A stretch of DNA of 41,670 nt from a virus. Shown piece after piece: positions 1 through 6,926 of the stretch. A program made the translations under genes and the position numbers. The stretch lies in the IMG/VR virus record IMGVR_UViG_3300045988_034731; one strand, 5' to 3'. The notes under the pieces are model-generated. The model searched no databases and was not told where the DNA came from. It worked only from the letters and a program-made list of their open reading frames with translations. Position 1 is the first letter of the stretch; every line of letters begins with the position of its first letter.

Positions 1-112
1 AGAGCAATATCATAAGCGGAAACTTTTATGGCGTAGATTTTGGGGATAATTTGTGGGTCGCTGCTGGCAGCACCGGCATGTATTACAGCACCGACGGGAA
101 GAACTGGACCCA
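1..112. repeat. Terminal direct repeat, identical to 41559-41670 (circular-closure overlap)
   Basis: Read base by base: agagcaatatcataagcgg...gggaagaactggaccca is present at both ends. The final base (a) distinguishes it from the internal near-copy at 189-225, which reads ggacccc. Confidence 0.95.
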
Positions 113-563
113 GGGCAATGTCGCAAGCTCCTTTTCCGGAGTGGCATACGCAGACGATTTGTGGGTCGCAGGCTCAGACGATGGCACCGGCATGTATTAC
201 AGCACCGACGGGAAGAACTGGACCCCGAGCAATATCACAAGTGGACGTTACACGTACTTCCATAATTCGAACGGTTTGTGGGTTGTGGCGTCCAACAATG
301 GTAACGGCATTTACTACAGCACCGACGGGAAGAACTGGACCCCGAGCAATATCACAAGTGGACGTTACTCCCCTCCTGTTCGAGGGGGAGAATTGTGGGT
401 TGTTGGATCAAGAACAGCAGATGGACTCAAATACAGTGCCGATGGAAAGAGCTGGACCCAGAGCAGCAATATTGTAAACGGCCGCTTTATGATGGTAGCA
501 TTTGCAGACGATTTGTGGGTCGCGGCTCGCTTAGGCGACAAAGGTCTGTACTACAGCGAATAA
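1..563 (+). CDS. C-terminal end of the giant tail-fibre/receptor-binding protein (continuation of 36971..41670 across the junction); Asp-box/BNR-like repeat blades
   Basis: Open from nt 3 in the same phase as the 36971 ORF once the ends are joined; TAA at 561-563. Contains about 38-aa repeats with LWV(A/V)...YYSTDGKNWT (S-x-D-x-G-x-x-W Asp-box motif). Confidence 0.85.
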   Translation, partial: SNIISGNFYGVDFGDNLWVAAGSTGMYYSTDGKNWTQGNVASSFSGVAYADDLWVAGSDDGTGMYYSTDGKNWTPSNITSGRYTYFHNSNGLWVVASNNGNGIYYSTDGKNWTPSNITSGRYSPPVRGGELWVVGSRTADGLKYSADGKSWTQSSNIVNGRFMMVAFADDLWVAARLGDKGLYYSE

Positions 564-581
564 CGCAGAAAGGAGAACGCC

Positions 582-896
582 ATGGAGCCTTACAATGACG
601 CAGCGGTGGCAAAGATCGAGGAGCGGGTGGATGACCACGGACGCCGCCTGGATGTGGCGGAAAAACGCCTGGACGAGCAGGACAAGCGCCTGGACAGCAT
701 CGCTGACCTGACGGCCTCTGTGCGGGTGCTTGCCACTCGCCAGGGGACCGTGGAGACTGACGTGAAGGAGATCAAGACGGAAGTCAAGGCCATCAACGCC
801 CGTCCCGGCAAGCGCTGGGACGGCATGGTGGACAAGCTGCTGGCCGTGCTGGCCGGAGCCTTCCTCACCTGGCTTCTGACGGGAGGGAGTATATGA
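582..896 (+). CDS. xhlA: XhlA-like haemolysin/lysis accessory protein (coiled coil plus C-terminal TM)
   Basis: RBS gaaaggag 7 nt upstream. N-terminal coiled coil (RLDVAEKRLDEQDKRLD) and C-terminal TM (LLAVLAGAFLTWLL). Sits at the head of the holin/endolysin cassette, as in PBSX-type prophages. Confidence 0.7.
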   Translation: MEPYNDAAVAKIEERVDDHGRRLDVAEKRLDEQDKRLDSIADLTASVRVLATRQGTVETDVKEIKTEVKAINARPGKRWDGMVDKLLAVLAGAFLTWLLTGGSI

Positions 897-1075
897 AGAA
901 GCGGGACAAGTACCTGCTGGCGGCCATCGTCAACCTCACCTGGTACTGCCTGGCGGTGTTGGTGCTGAGCGCCCTGGAGCGCACGGTGCCGGACAGCCTG
1001 ACGGTAGCATGGTTTGGGGCCTGGACGGCGGAGCTGGGCCTGCTGGCAGGCATCAAGATCAAGGACAGGGACTAA
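893..1075 (+). CDS. Small two-TM membrane protein, holin-like
   Basis: ATGA overlap with the upstream stop; RBS gggagggag. 60 aa with two hydrophobic segments, located in the lysis cassette. Confidence 0.55.
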   Translation: MKKRDKYLLAAIVNLTWYCLAVLVLSALERTVPDSLTVAWFGAWTAELGLLAGIKIKDRD

Positions 1076-1111
1076 CGGACAGCTCCCACAGGGAGCGGAA
1101 AGGAGCACAAT

Positions 1112-1330
1112 ATGAGTGAGACCATCATCAAGCGGCTGGGGACCCTCCTCAGCGTCAAGAGCATCGTGACCATCGTACTGACCGCCGTCTTCGCCTACCT
1201 GGCCCTCACCGGCGGTATCAGTCAGGAGTTCATGCTGATCTACACCACCATCATCGCCTTTTACTTCGGCACTCAGACGCAGAAGCTCAGCGATGTGGTG
1301 GCCCAGGACAGCACGGGAGAGCGCCGATGA
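1112..1330 (+). CDS. Holin (small two-TM protein with charged C-terminus)
   Basis: RBS gaaaggag. 72 aa with two TM segments and a polar tail. Its stop overlaps the endolysin start (ATGA). Confidence 0.6.
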   Translation: MSETIIKRLGTLLSVKSIVTIVLTAVFAYLALTGGISQEFMLIYTTIIAFYFGTQTQKLSDVVAQDSTGERR

Positions 1331-1815
1331 CGGCCCTCTCCCCCAGGACCAGAGCGGCGGTCCTCCAGATCGCCGCCTGGCAGATCGGGGTACTGGAGAG
1401 CCCTGCGGGGAGCAATCGGGTCAAGTACAACACGGAGTACTATGGCCGGGAGGTCCGGGGAGCGGCGTACCCCTGGTGCATGGCCTTCGTCTGGTGGGTC
1501 TTCCGGGAGGCGGGTTTCCACCTCTTCAAGACGGCCAGTTGCTCGGCCTTCGTTGGCCAGTATAAGGCCAAGTCCCCCGGCCAGATCGTCCGGGCCAACT
1601 ACCGGCCCGGGGACATCGTGTTCTTCGATTTCAGCGGCAAAAAGGCCAAGACGGAGCACGTGGGCATCGTGGAGAGCGTGGCGGCGGATGGGCGCCTCAC
1701 CACCATCGAGGGCAACACCGGCATGGGTAACGACGCCAACGGCGGCGCGGTCATGCGGCGGACCAGGAAGCAGGGCCTCGTCACCTGCGGTGTAAGACCG
1801 GGGTATCCAGATTAA
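1327..1815 (+). CDS. CHAP-domain peptidoglycan hydrolase (endolysin)
   Basis: Catalytic-Cys context AAYPWCMAFVWWVF, His context EHVGIVE, then TIEGNTG. Typical CHAP layout, immediately downstream of the holins. Confidence 0.85.
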   Translation: MTALSPRTRAAVLQIAAWQIGVLESPAGSNRVKYNTEYYGREVRGAAYPWCMAFVWWVFREAGFHLFKTASCSAFVGQYKAKSPGQIVRANYRPGDIVFFDFSGKKAKTEHVGIVESVAADGRLTTIEGNTGMGNDANGGAVMRRTRKQGLVTCGVRPGYPD

Positions 1816-1889
1816 AATTTGAGAGGAGGCAAGCCAGATGATGGCGACATCCGCACGGCTGCGCCGTGTCCTGCAAGTCCGGCGAGTAA

Positions 1890-2126
1890 ATGGACGCACA
1901 GCACCGGGAGATCAGAGCGCTGCTCTCCGGCATGGCCCCACGCCGGGCCACGGAGGCGGTCCGTGCGGCGGGCTTGCCGCCGGACGAGGAGACCTGCATC
2001 GTTGAGGTGGACGTCCTGGGCCGCAGCTGCCTGCAGACTGCCGCCCGGCTCAACCTCAGCGTGGACGGGCTCTACAAACTCCGCCGGAGGGCCTACGCCC
2101 ACCTGGCGGACGACATCAGAGGATAA
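1890..2126 (+). CDS. Small sigma-70 region-4-like HTH protein
   Basis: C-terminal HTH-like SCLQTAARLNLSVDGLYKLRRRAYAHL. Weak RBS, and a stronger RBS/ATG lies out of frame at 1838. Followed by a terminator. Confidence 0.5.
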   Translation: MDAQHREIRALLSGMAPRRATEAVRAAGLPPDEETCIVEVDVLGRSCLQTAARLNLSVDGLYKLRRRAYAHLADDIRG

Positions 2127-2129
2127 GAG

Positions 2130-2158
2130 GAGGCCGTGCCCAATTTGGGCACGGCCTC
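2130..2158. terminator. Bidirectional intrinsic terminator between convergent genes
   Basis: Perfect 12-bp stem gaggccgtgccc / gggcacggcctc with loop aattt, followed by ttt. Lies between the stops of 1890..2126 (+) and 2171..2869 (-). Confidence 0.75.
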
Positions 2159-2170
2159 TTTCGCGTTATT

Positions 2171-2869
2171 TTAGGGCTTCTTTTCCGGCTTCCGCTCTGG
2201 GAACTCCTGATAATACCACTCCAGGAACTTTCCGTGGGTTTGCTTCTCCGCCTCCTTCCGGATGGCGACGGCAACCTCTTTTTCTCGGCTTGATCCAAGG
2301 TAGTAGTTGATCCCCTTAAATGTGATCTCCGCTTTCCAGAGGCGCACAGATCGGTCATACGAGACGCCGACGGTCCCACTCGTGTTCCGTTTGTCGGGCG
2401 GCTGCATAAGCCCCTTCACGTCAGTTCCGTCGATAAAGTCGAGCTCTCTCTTTTCCCAGGCGGGGCGAATTGACTTTTGGTGGACCTCAGAAGAAAGACA
2501 ACCGCAGCTCTTGGTATACCCCTTGCGCAGATTGGTGGAGGCGATGCAGGCAGTATTCCCGCAGTCGCAGAGGCATTCCCAGATAACGCTGTGGCCCATG
2601 TGACGGTCCGTCCGGCGCAGCACCGTGAGCCGCCCGAAACGCTGGCCGGACAAATCCAGCAGATTTGTACCGGTCCGAGCACAGCCGCAGCTGGTGGTAT
2701 TCCCATTTGCCAGGTGGGCCGAGGTGACATAGGTTGTATTGCCGCAATCACAGCGGCACTCCCAGACAACCCGGTCAGAGACGCGGCGGTCAGTTTTAGC
2801 AATAACGGTCAGCCTTCCATATCGCTGACCTGGCTCGATGCGGCGGACCTTTCGCTTTTTCTCTTCCAC
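2171..2869 (-). CDS. DNA-binding protein with two Cys-rich zinc-ribbon-like modules and a C-terminal AP2-type domain
   Basis: GTG start with GGAGGTG RBS. Duplicated motif GRLTV..W.C.CDCGN(T)....L..G.T.SCGC. C-terminal SGTVGVSYDRSVRLWKAEITFKGINYYLGSSREKEVA resembles an AP2/ERF-type domain. Confidence 0.7.
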   Translation of the reverse strand: MEEKKRKVRRIEPGQRYGRLTVIAKTDRRVSDRVVWECRCDCGNTTYVTSAHLANGNTTSCGCARTGTNLLDLSGQRFGRLTVLRRTDRHMGHSVIWECLCDCGNTACIASTNLRKGYTKSCGCLSSEVHQKSIRPAWEKRELDFIDGTDVKGLMQPPDKRNTSGTVGVSYDRSVRLWKAEITFKGINYYLGSSREKEVAVAIRKEAEKQTHGKFLEWYYQEFPERKPEKKP

Positions 2870-2872
2870 GGC

Positions 2873-3214
2873 TCACACCTCCGGGCGGCGATAGTAGCCG
2901 GTTGCTTGAGCCAGCAAAAGCCGGACATAGTCCGGGCACTGGCTGTCGCCCCGCTCCCAATTCTCCACGGTGCGGTATGGGATCAGGTAGCGGAGAGCAA
3001 AGCTTGTGCGGGTGAGGCCAGTATAGGCCCGGATCTCCCGGATACTGGCGTGGGCCACATCCCAGAGGGCACCGAGGGCGCTGATCCGATGATCGGGCAC
3101 CTCAGCATCCGCGGCATCTCCCCATTCGGAGGACATCGCCCAATCGGAGACATACTCATCTCGATCATCCGTCTTTAGCGCGGCGCTGAAAAGTGCGCTG
3201 AATTTATCGTCCAT
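2873..3214 (-). CDS. HTH (XRE-like) transcriptional regulator
   Basis: IREIRAYTGLTRTSFALRYLIPYRTVENWERGDSQCPDYV is an HTH followed by the ENWE(R)G motif common in small XRE/antitoxin-type regulators. Translationally coupled to 2171..2869. Confidence 0.65.
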   Translation of the reverse strand: MDDKFSALFSAALKTDDRDEYVSDWAMSSEWGDAADAEVPDHRISALGALWDVAHASIREIRAYTGLTRTSFALRYLIPYRTVENWERGDSQCPDYVRLLLAQATGYYRRPEV

Positions 3215-3223
3215 ATCTCTCGG

Positions 3224-3415
3224 TCAAAAATCCCGGATCTCGTCCACGCAGATGGGGTCGCCCTCGTCGTCGATCACGGCGATGTAAGCGTCCTCGTACC
3301 CGTCGGCGCGGTACTTCTTGGCCATCTCGATAGCCTCGTCCATGTTGTTGCTGCCGGTGCCCCAATCGGTATCGTCGTTGTCCCGCATAACCGCATACCA
3401 CATAGTGTTCTTCAT
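3224..3415 (-). CDS. Small acidic hypothetical protein (63 aa), first gene of the leftward operon
   Basis: Internal ATG of track ORF 3224..3625, preceded by GGAGGAC at proper spacing. MKNTMWYAVMRDNDDTDWG... The longer N-terminal extension has no RBS. Confidence 0.6.
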   Translation of the reverse strand: MKNTMWYAVMRDNDDTDWGTGSNNMDEAIEMAKKYRADGYEDAYIAVIDDEGDPICVDEIRDF

Positions 3416-3458
3416 TTTTATGTCCTCCTGGGCTGTGCCCCTCTTGATTACATTACCC

Positions 3459-3486
3459 ATTATACACCAATTTGGGGTATTGTCAA
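3459..3486 (-). promoter_or_regulatory. Consensus sigma-A-type promoter facing left (TTGACA-16-TATAAT)
   Basis: The reverse complement of 3459-3486 reads ttgaca ataccccaaattggtg tataat. It drives the 3415-2171 operon. The spacer contains operator-like site O1. Confidence 0.7.
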
Positions 3487-3515
3487 GAGAAAATACACCA
3501 AATTGGTGTATTTTC
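3462..3515. promoter_or_regulatory. Two operator-like palindromes sharing the half-site TACACCAA
   Basis: O2 (3489-3515) is gaaaatacaccaa a ttggtgtattttc, with perfect 13-bp arms. O1 (3462-3480) is atacaccaatttggggtat, an imperfect version of the same dyad. Both lie in the divergent control region. Confidence 0.55.
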
Positions 3516-3588
3516 TGAGGTTTGGAGAGGTGCACAAATCCTGTGGAAGCTTTTGTGCGCTTTGCCACTTCCGCAGAATGCGGGCAGA

Positions 3589-3618
3589 ATCCGGGCAGTT
3601 TGGCTGCCCGGATTTTTT
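3589..3618 (+). terminator. Strong intrinsic terminator inside the leader, upstream of the rightward cassette
   Basis: atccgggcag tttgg ctgcccggat has a 10-bp perfect stem and is followed by ttttt. Preceded by hairpins at 3532-3558 (gcacaaa/tttgtgc) and 3571-3583 (ccgca/tgcgg). Confidence 0.7.
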
Positions 3619-3648
3619 GTACCATAAGGGAAGAAGGAAGGTGGTTAA

Positions 3649-3792
3649 ATGTTTGATCGCCTTATTGCCTGCGGCTTCACGGATCGCATGGCCTGGGACA
3701 TCATTATTGCTTACGCCAACGATCTGGACGGGCTGGCGCAGTACGTAAAAACCATTGAGCTGATGCATAGCGCTAGGGCGGATCATGTATAG
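3649..3792 (+). CDS. Small hypothetical protein (47 aa), not in the ORF track
   Basis: ATG 3649 preceded by ggaaggtgg. Translates as MFDRLIACGFTDRMAWDIIIAYANDLDGLAQYVKTIELMHSARADHV. Its end overlaps the next start. Confidence 0.4.
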   Translation: MFDRLIACGFTDRMAWDIIIAYANDLDGLAQYVKTIELMHSARADHV

Positions 3793-4168
3793 CTACTTTA
3801 ACCCAAACCCCAACGGGCGCAACGTTTCCGATTGCACCGTTCGGGCGATCTGCAAAGCAACCGGAAAGGACTGGGGCGAGGTTTATTTGGCGCTTTGCAT
3901 CCAGGGGTATTTGGACGGCGATCTTCCTAATGCCAACGCCTGCTGGGGCGCTTACCTTCGCAAGCTGGGGTATCGGAGGCATATCGTCCCAGATACTTGC
4001 CCGGATTGCTTCACGGTGGCGGATTTTGCGGCGGAAAGGCCGGTAGGCACATACATTTTGGCGCTATCCGGGCATGTGGTATGCGTACAGGATGGTGTGA
4101 TTTTTGATTCGTGGAATTCTAGCGGCGAAGTGCCGCTGTACTACTGGGAAAAAGAAACGGAGGCATAA
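3785..4168 (+). CDS. Hypothetical protein with possible Cys/His/Asp (papain-like) arrangement
   Basis: N-terminal NVSDCTVRAI (Cys), later LSGHVVCV (His) and FDSWN (Asp). The fold assignment is inference only. Confidence 0.6.
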   Translation: MYSYFNPNPNGRNVSDCTVRAICKATGKDWGEVYLALCIQGYLDGDLPNANACWGAYLRKLGYRRHIVPDTCPDCFTVADFAAERPVGTYILALSGHVVCVQDGVIFDSWNSSGEVPLYYWEKETEA

Positions 4169-4170
4169 AC

Positions 4171-4605
4171 ATGGCGTTTAATCCTTACTACCAAAACCCG
4201 TATTATCCTCAACCGATGCCTGATAACCTCATGCAGATGCGGCAGCAGCAGATGATGCAGCCGCAGATGCCACAGCCCGTTCCGCAGAATCCGGTGGCGC
4301 AAGGCAGCGTGCAGTGGGTAAGCGGCGAGCAGGAGGCAAGAGGCTATCTCATCGCTCCCAACTCTGCTGTGGCGCTGTGGGATTCCACCGCTCCGACTGT
4401 GTATCTCAAGCAAGCGGATGCAAGTGGCAAGCCGACGCTCAAGATTTACGACCTCGTAGAGCGCACAGAAACGGCTGCTCCTGCCACGCAAAAGGCGAGA
4501 GTGGAGTTTGTCACCCGTGAAGAATTTGACCGTCTGGCGGCGCTTGTTGGCGAATTAAAGGGCAAGAAGAAGCGCAAGGTTGAGGAGGACGAGGACGATG
4601 ACTAA
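4171..4605 (+). CDS. Hypothetical protein with Q/P/Y-rich N-terminus and acidic/basic tail
   Basis: MAFNPYYQNPYYPQPMPDNLMQMRQQQMMQPQMPQPVPQNP..., ending KGKKKRKVEEDEDDD. Starts 3 nt after the previous stop. Confidence 0.65.
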   Translation: MAFNPYYQNPYYPQPMPDNLMQMRQQQMMQPQMPQPVPQNPVAQGSVQWVSGEQEARGYLIAPNSAVALWDSTAPTVYLKQADASGKPTLKIYDLVERTETAAPATQKARVEFVTREEFDRLAALVGELKGKKKRKVEEDEDDD

Positions 4606-4816
4606 TCCGTTCATGGCCGCGCTGGGCGGCGGGCAGATGCCGGGGCCAATGGGCAACTTCGCACAGATGGTGCAGCAGTTTCAGCAATTCAAGGCGAACT
4701 TTCAGGGCGATCCAAAAGCAGAGGTCGAAAAGCTCTTGCAGAGCGGTAAGCTAAACCAGCAGCAGCTCAACCAGCTTCAGCAGATGGCAAAGCAGTTTCA
4801 AAGTCTGATGCGGTAA
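4598..4816 (+). CDS. Small Q-rich hypothetical protein (72 aa)
   Basis: ATG 4598 with GAGGAGG 9 nt upstream and an ATGACTAA overlap with the upstream stop. MTNPFMAALGGGQMPGPMGNFAQMVQQFQQF... Confidence 0.6.
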   Translation: MTNPFMAALGGGQMPGPMGNFAQMVQQFQQFKANFQGDPKAEVEKLLQSGKLNQQQLNQLQQMAKQFQSLMR

Positions 4817-4876
4817 TCATCAACACAAATCAACATCGTGGCCACGATTTGATAAATAATTAAAAGGAGTGATTTT

Positions 4877-5611
4877 ATGTCTCTTTCCGATGGCGGCGCT
4901 CCCATGCTGACCATGCCGGTCTCGCCTACCAACAACGGCGGCGGTTTCGGCTGGGGCGGTGACGGCGCATGGCTCATTATTCTCTTCCTCATTTTTGCCG
5001 TCTTTGGCTGGGGCGGCAACAGCTGGGGCAACAACGCTGGCAATTCCGGCGGCGTGGTCGATGGCTATGTGCTGACTTCTGATTTTGCTAATGTCGAGCG
5101 CAAGATCGACAGTGTAAATCAGGGCCTTTGCGACGGCTTTTACCAGCAGGCGCAGCTTGTCAACGGCACCAACATGGCGATGGCAAACGGCTTTGCACAG
5201 GCAGAGCTTTCCCGCAGCAACCAGCAGGCGGCGCTTATGCAGCAGCTCAACGCCATGCAGATGCAGGCCGCAGATTGCTGCTGCGAGAATCGCGCGGCTA
5301 TCGCGCAGGTGCGCTATGACATGGCAACGCAGGCGTGCGACACGCGCAACACCGTACAGAACGCCACGCGCGACATTATTGACGCGAACAACCAGAACAG
5401 CCGCGCCATCCTCGATTTCCTGACGCAGAGCAAGCTGTCCGACCTCCAGACCGAGAATCAGAATCTGAAGCTGGCGGCATCTCAGGCCGCGCAGAACAAC
5501 TATCTGATCTCGCAGCTGCGTCCGTGCCCTTCGCCTGCCTACATTACTTGTAACCCGTGGGCGGGCAGCGGTTACGGCGGCTGCGGCTGCAATCAGGGCT
5601 GCGGCTGCTGA
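4877..5611 (+). CDS. Membrane-anchored protein: Gly/Trp-rich YjcZ-like N-terminus with TM, Q/N-rich coiled coil with CCC motif, Cys/Gly-rich C-terminus
   Basis: RBS aaaaggag. NNGGGFGWGGDGAWLIILFLIFAVFGWGGNSWGNN; central ...MQAADCCCENRAAIAQV...; C-terminal CPSPAYITCNPWAGSGYGGCGCNQGCGC. Confidence 0.75.
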   Translation: MSLSDGGAPMLTMPVSPTNNGGGFGWGGDGAWLIILFLIFAVFGWGGNSWGNNAGNSGGVVDGYVLTSDFANVERKIDSVNQGLCDGFYQQAQLVNGTNMAMANGFAQAELSRSNQQAALMQQLNAMQMQAADCCCENRAAIAQVRYDMATQACDTRNTVQNATRDIIDANNQNSRAILDFLTQSKLSDLQTENQNLKLAASQAAQNNYLISQLRPCPSPAYITCNPWAGSGYGGCGCNQGCGC

Positions 5612-5679
5612 CAACTGCATAGCATAGCTTTTTGCCGACAACGGCAAAATGATCGGCCCCGTGCCGATACTGCGACAAC

Positions 5680-5712
5680 GCGGCGGGGCTATTGCCTCGC
5701 CGCTGTATTTTA
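5680..5712 (+). terminator. Candidate intrinsic terminator or attenuating hairpin after 4877..5611
   Basis: gcggcg gggctattgcct cgccgc (6-bp GC stem) followed by tgtatttta. Further hairpins at 5629-5646 (tttgccg acaa cggcaaa) and 5716-5731. Confidence 0.45.
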
Positions 5713-5752
5713 ACAGGGTCGATTTCGACCCCTTTAGAAAGGACTGATTATT

Positions 5753-6175
5753 TTGGCAGAGTACACAAACGCGAATATTGTAAGCGTAGCCGCAGGGCAG
5801 AACGTCCCCTTGACCGAAACGGCGGTCAATAGCAAGCCGTGTATCGTGCATCGCCAGGGCGCAGGCATTGTCACGCTGCGCGGCCTCACTAATCAAAATC
5901 GCGCCCTGTTTAGGATCTCCTTTGGCGGCAACATCGCTATTCCAACCGGAGGCACGGTCGAGGCCATCACGGCGGCGCTTGCCATCAACGGAGAGCCGCT
6001 GACCAGTGCAACGGCAACTGTCACGCCTGCGGCGGTAGAGAACTACTTTAACATTTATGTTTCCGCACAGGTTTGCGTCCCGAAAGGCTGCTGCCTGACG
6101 GTCGCAATGGAAAACACCAGCACTCAGGCCGTCAACTTCGCCAACTCGAATCTGACGGTTGAGAGAATCGCGTGA
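5753..6175 (+). CDS. BclA C-terminal-domain-like (TNF/C1q-type jelly-roll) protein without a collagen-like region
   Basis: TTG start with agaaagga 9 nt upstream. All-beta pattern QNVPLTETAV...LFRISFGGNIAIP...AALAINGEPLTSATA...NSNLTVERIA resembles, from memory, the exosporium BclA C-terminal domain (...IQVNGVPVPGT...SASIIIEKVA). Confidence 0.55.
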   Translation: MAEYTNANIVSVAAGQNVPLTETAVNSKPCIVHRQGAGIVTLRGLTNQNRALFRISFGGNIAIPTGGTVEAITAALAINGEPLTSATATVTPAAVENYFNIYVSAQVCVPKGCCLTVAMENTSTQAVNFANSNLTVERIA

Positions 6176-6188
6176 AAGGAGAATGGAC

Positions 6189-6563
6189 ATGAGTAAGAAA
6201 GCAATGTATGATCTTCGCAATATGCTGTGCGATGAGCTGGACGAACTGGCTCGCAAGGGCGAGCTGGGCGCCGGGGACCTGGAGATTGCCCACAAGCTGA
6301 CGGCTACCATCAAGAATATCGACAAGATCGAGATGATGGAAAGCGAGGGCTATTCCGGCACAGGCGACTGGGAGGCTGACATCCGTGGCACCTACGGCCA
6401 CGGCGATTCCTGGCGGGGCCGCCATCGGGATTCCCGCGGTAGGTATAGCCGCACTGGCGGGGCAGAGCATTTGCGGGAGCAGCTCAATGATATGATGCGG
6501 GAAACCGACGACGAGCGGGTAAAGGAGGCCCTTCGGCGGGCAATGTCCCTGATGGAGGGCTAA
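6189..6563 (+). CDS. Hypothetical helical protein with an Arg/Gly/Ser-rich centre
   Basis: ATG 6189 lies 7 nt after AAGGAG. MSKKAMYDLRNMLCDELDELARKGELGAGDLEIAHKL...RGRHRDSRGRYSRTGG... Confidence 0.65.
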   Translation: MSKKAMYDLRNMLCDELDELARKGELGAGDLEIAHKLTATIKNIDKIEMMESEGYSGTGDWEADIRGTYGHGDSWRGRHRDSRGRYSRTGGAEHLREQLNDMMRETDDERVKEALRRAMSLMEG

Positions 6564-6577
6564 GGGGGTGTAACCCC

Positions 6578-6919
6578 ATGATCGACGAGAACGAGCTCCG
6601 GCTATGGATCAGCCGCCTAGAAACGGAAGAATCCAGCTGGAACAACTACGAGAAACTAGCGGCGCTCTACATCATCCAGAACCAGCAAAAGAAAACGCCC
6701 GAAAGCACAGCAGCTCCGGTGATGTACTCCGCTGCGGCGGCTCCTTCCGTTATGGCGAGCGCTGACGTGGGAGAGTACGGCGATACCGATTTTCTCCGGG
6801 CCGTCGCTGGGAAGGACCCGGCAAAGGCATGGATAGTTGTGGATGAGCTGATGGATACGTTACGCATTGTAAACGAGCGGGTTTACAACAGCGTAATGCG
6901 GAAGATTCAGGCTCTTTAA
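6578..6919 (+). CDS. Hypothetical protein, last gene of the cassette
   Basis: RBS taaggggg. MIDENELRLWISRLETEESSWNNYEKLAALYII... Ends immediately before the att region. Confidence 0.65.
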   Translation: MIDENELRLWISRLETEESSWNNYEKLAALYIIQNQQKKTPESTAAPVMYSAAAAPSVMASADVGEYGDTDFLRAVAGKDPAKAWIVVDELMDTLRIVNERVYNSVMRKIQAL

Positions 6920-6926
6920 CTCCGCA

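Noticed and set aside
1-563. Blade repeats in the fibre as a diversity-generating retroelement template/variable repeat pair
   Set aside because: No reverse transcriptase gene exists anywhere in the 41.6-kb circle. The few differences between repeat copies are not adenine-specific.
1838-2005. Strong RBS (gagaggagg) plus ATG at 1838/1841, giving a 55-aa ORF that overlaps the 1890..2126 gene out of frame
   Set aside because: The translation (…RRVNGRTAPGDQSAALRHGPTPGHGGGPCGG…) looks like an off-frame GC-rich artefact, whereas the 1890 frame gives a coherent HTH protein. A frameshift error that joins a true 1838 start to the 1890 frame cannot be excluded, but I cannot support it from the sequence.
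4820-6325. A 501-aa minus-strand ORF covering the accessory cassette
   Set aside because: It overlaps four + strand ORFs that each have an RBS and coupled starts and stops. Its translation is Arg/Ala/Leu-rich junk typical of the reverse frame of GC-rich coding DNA.
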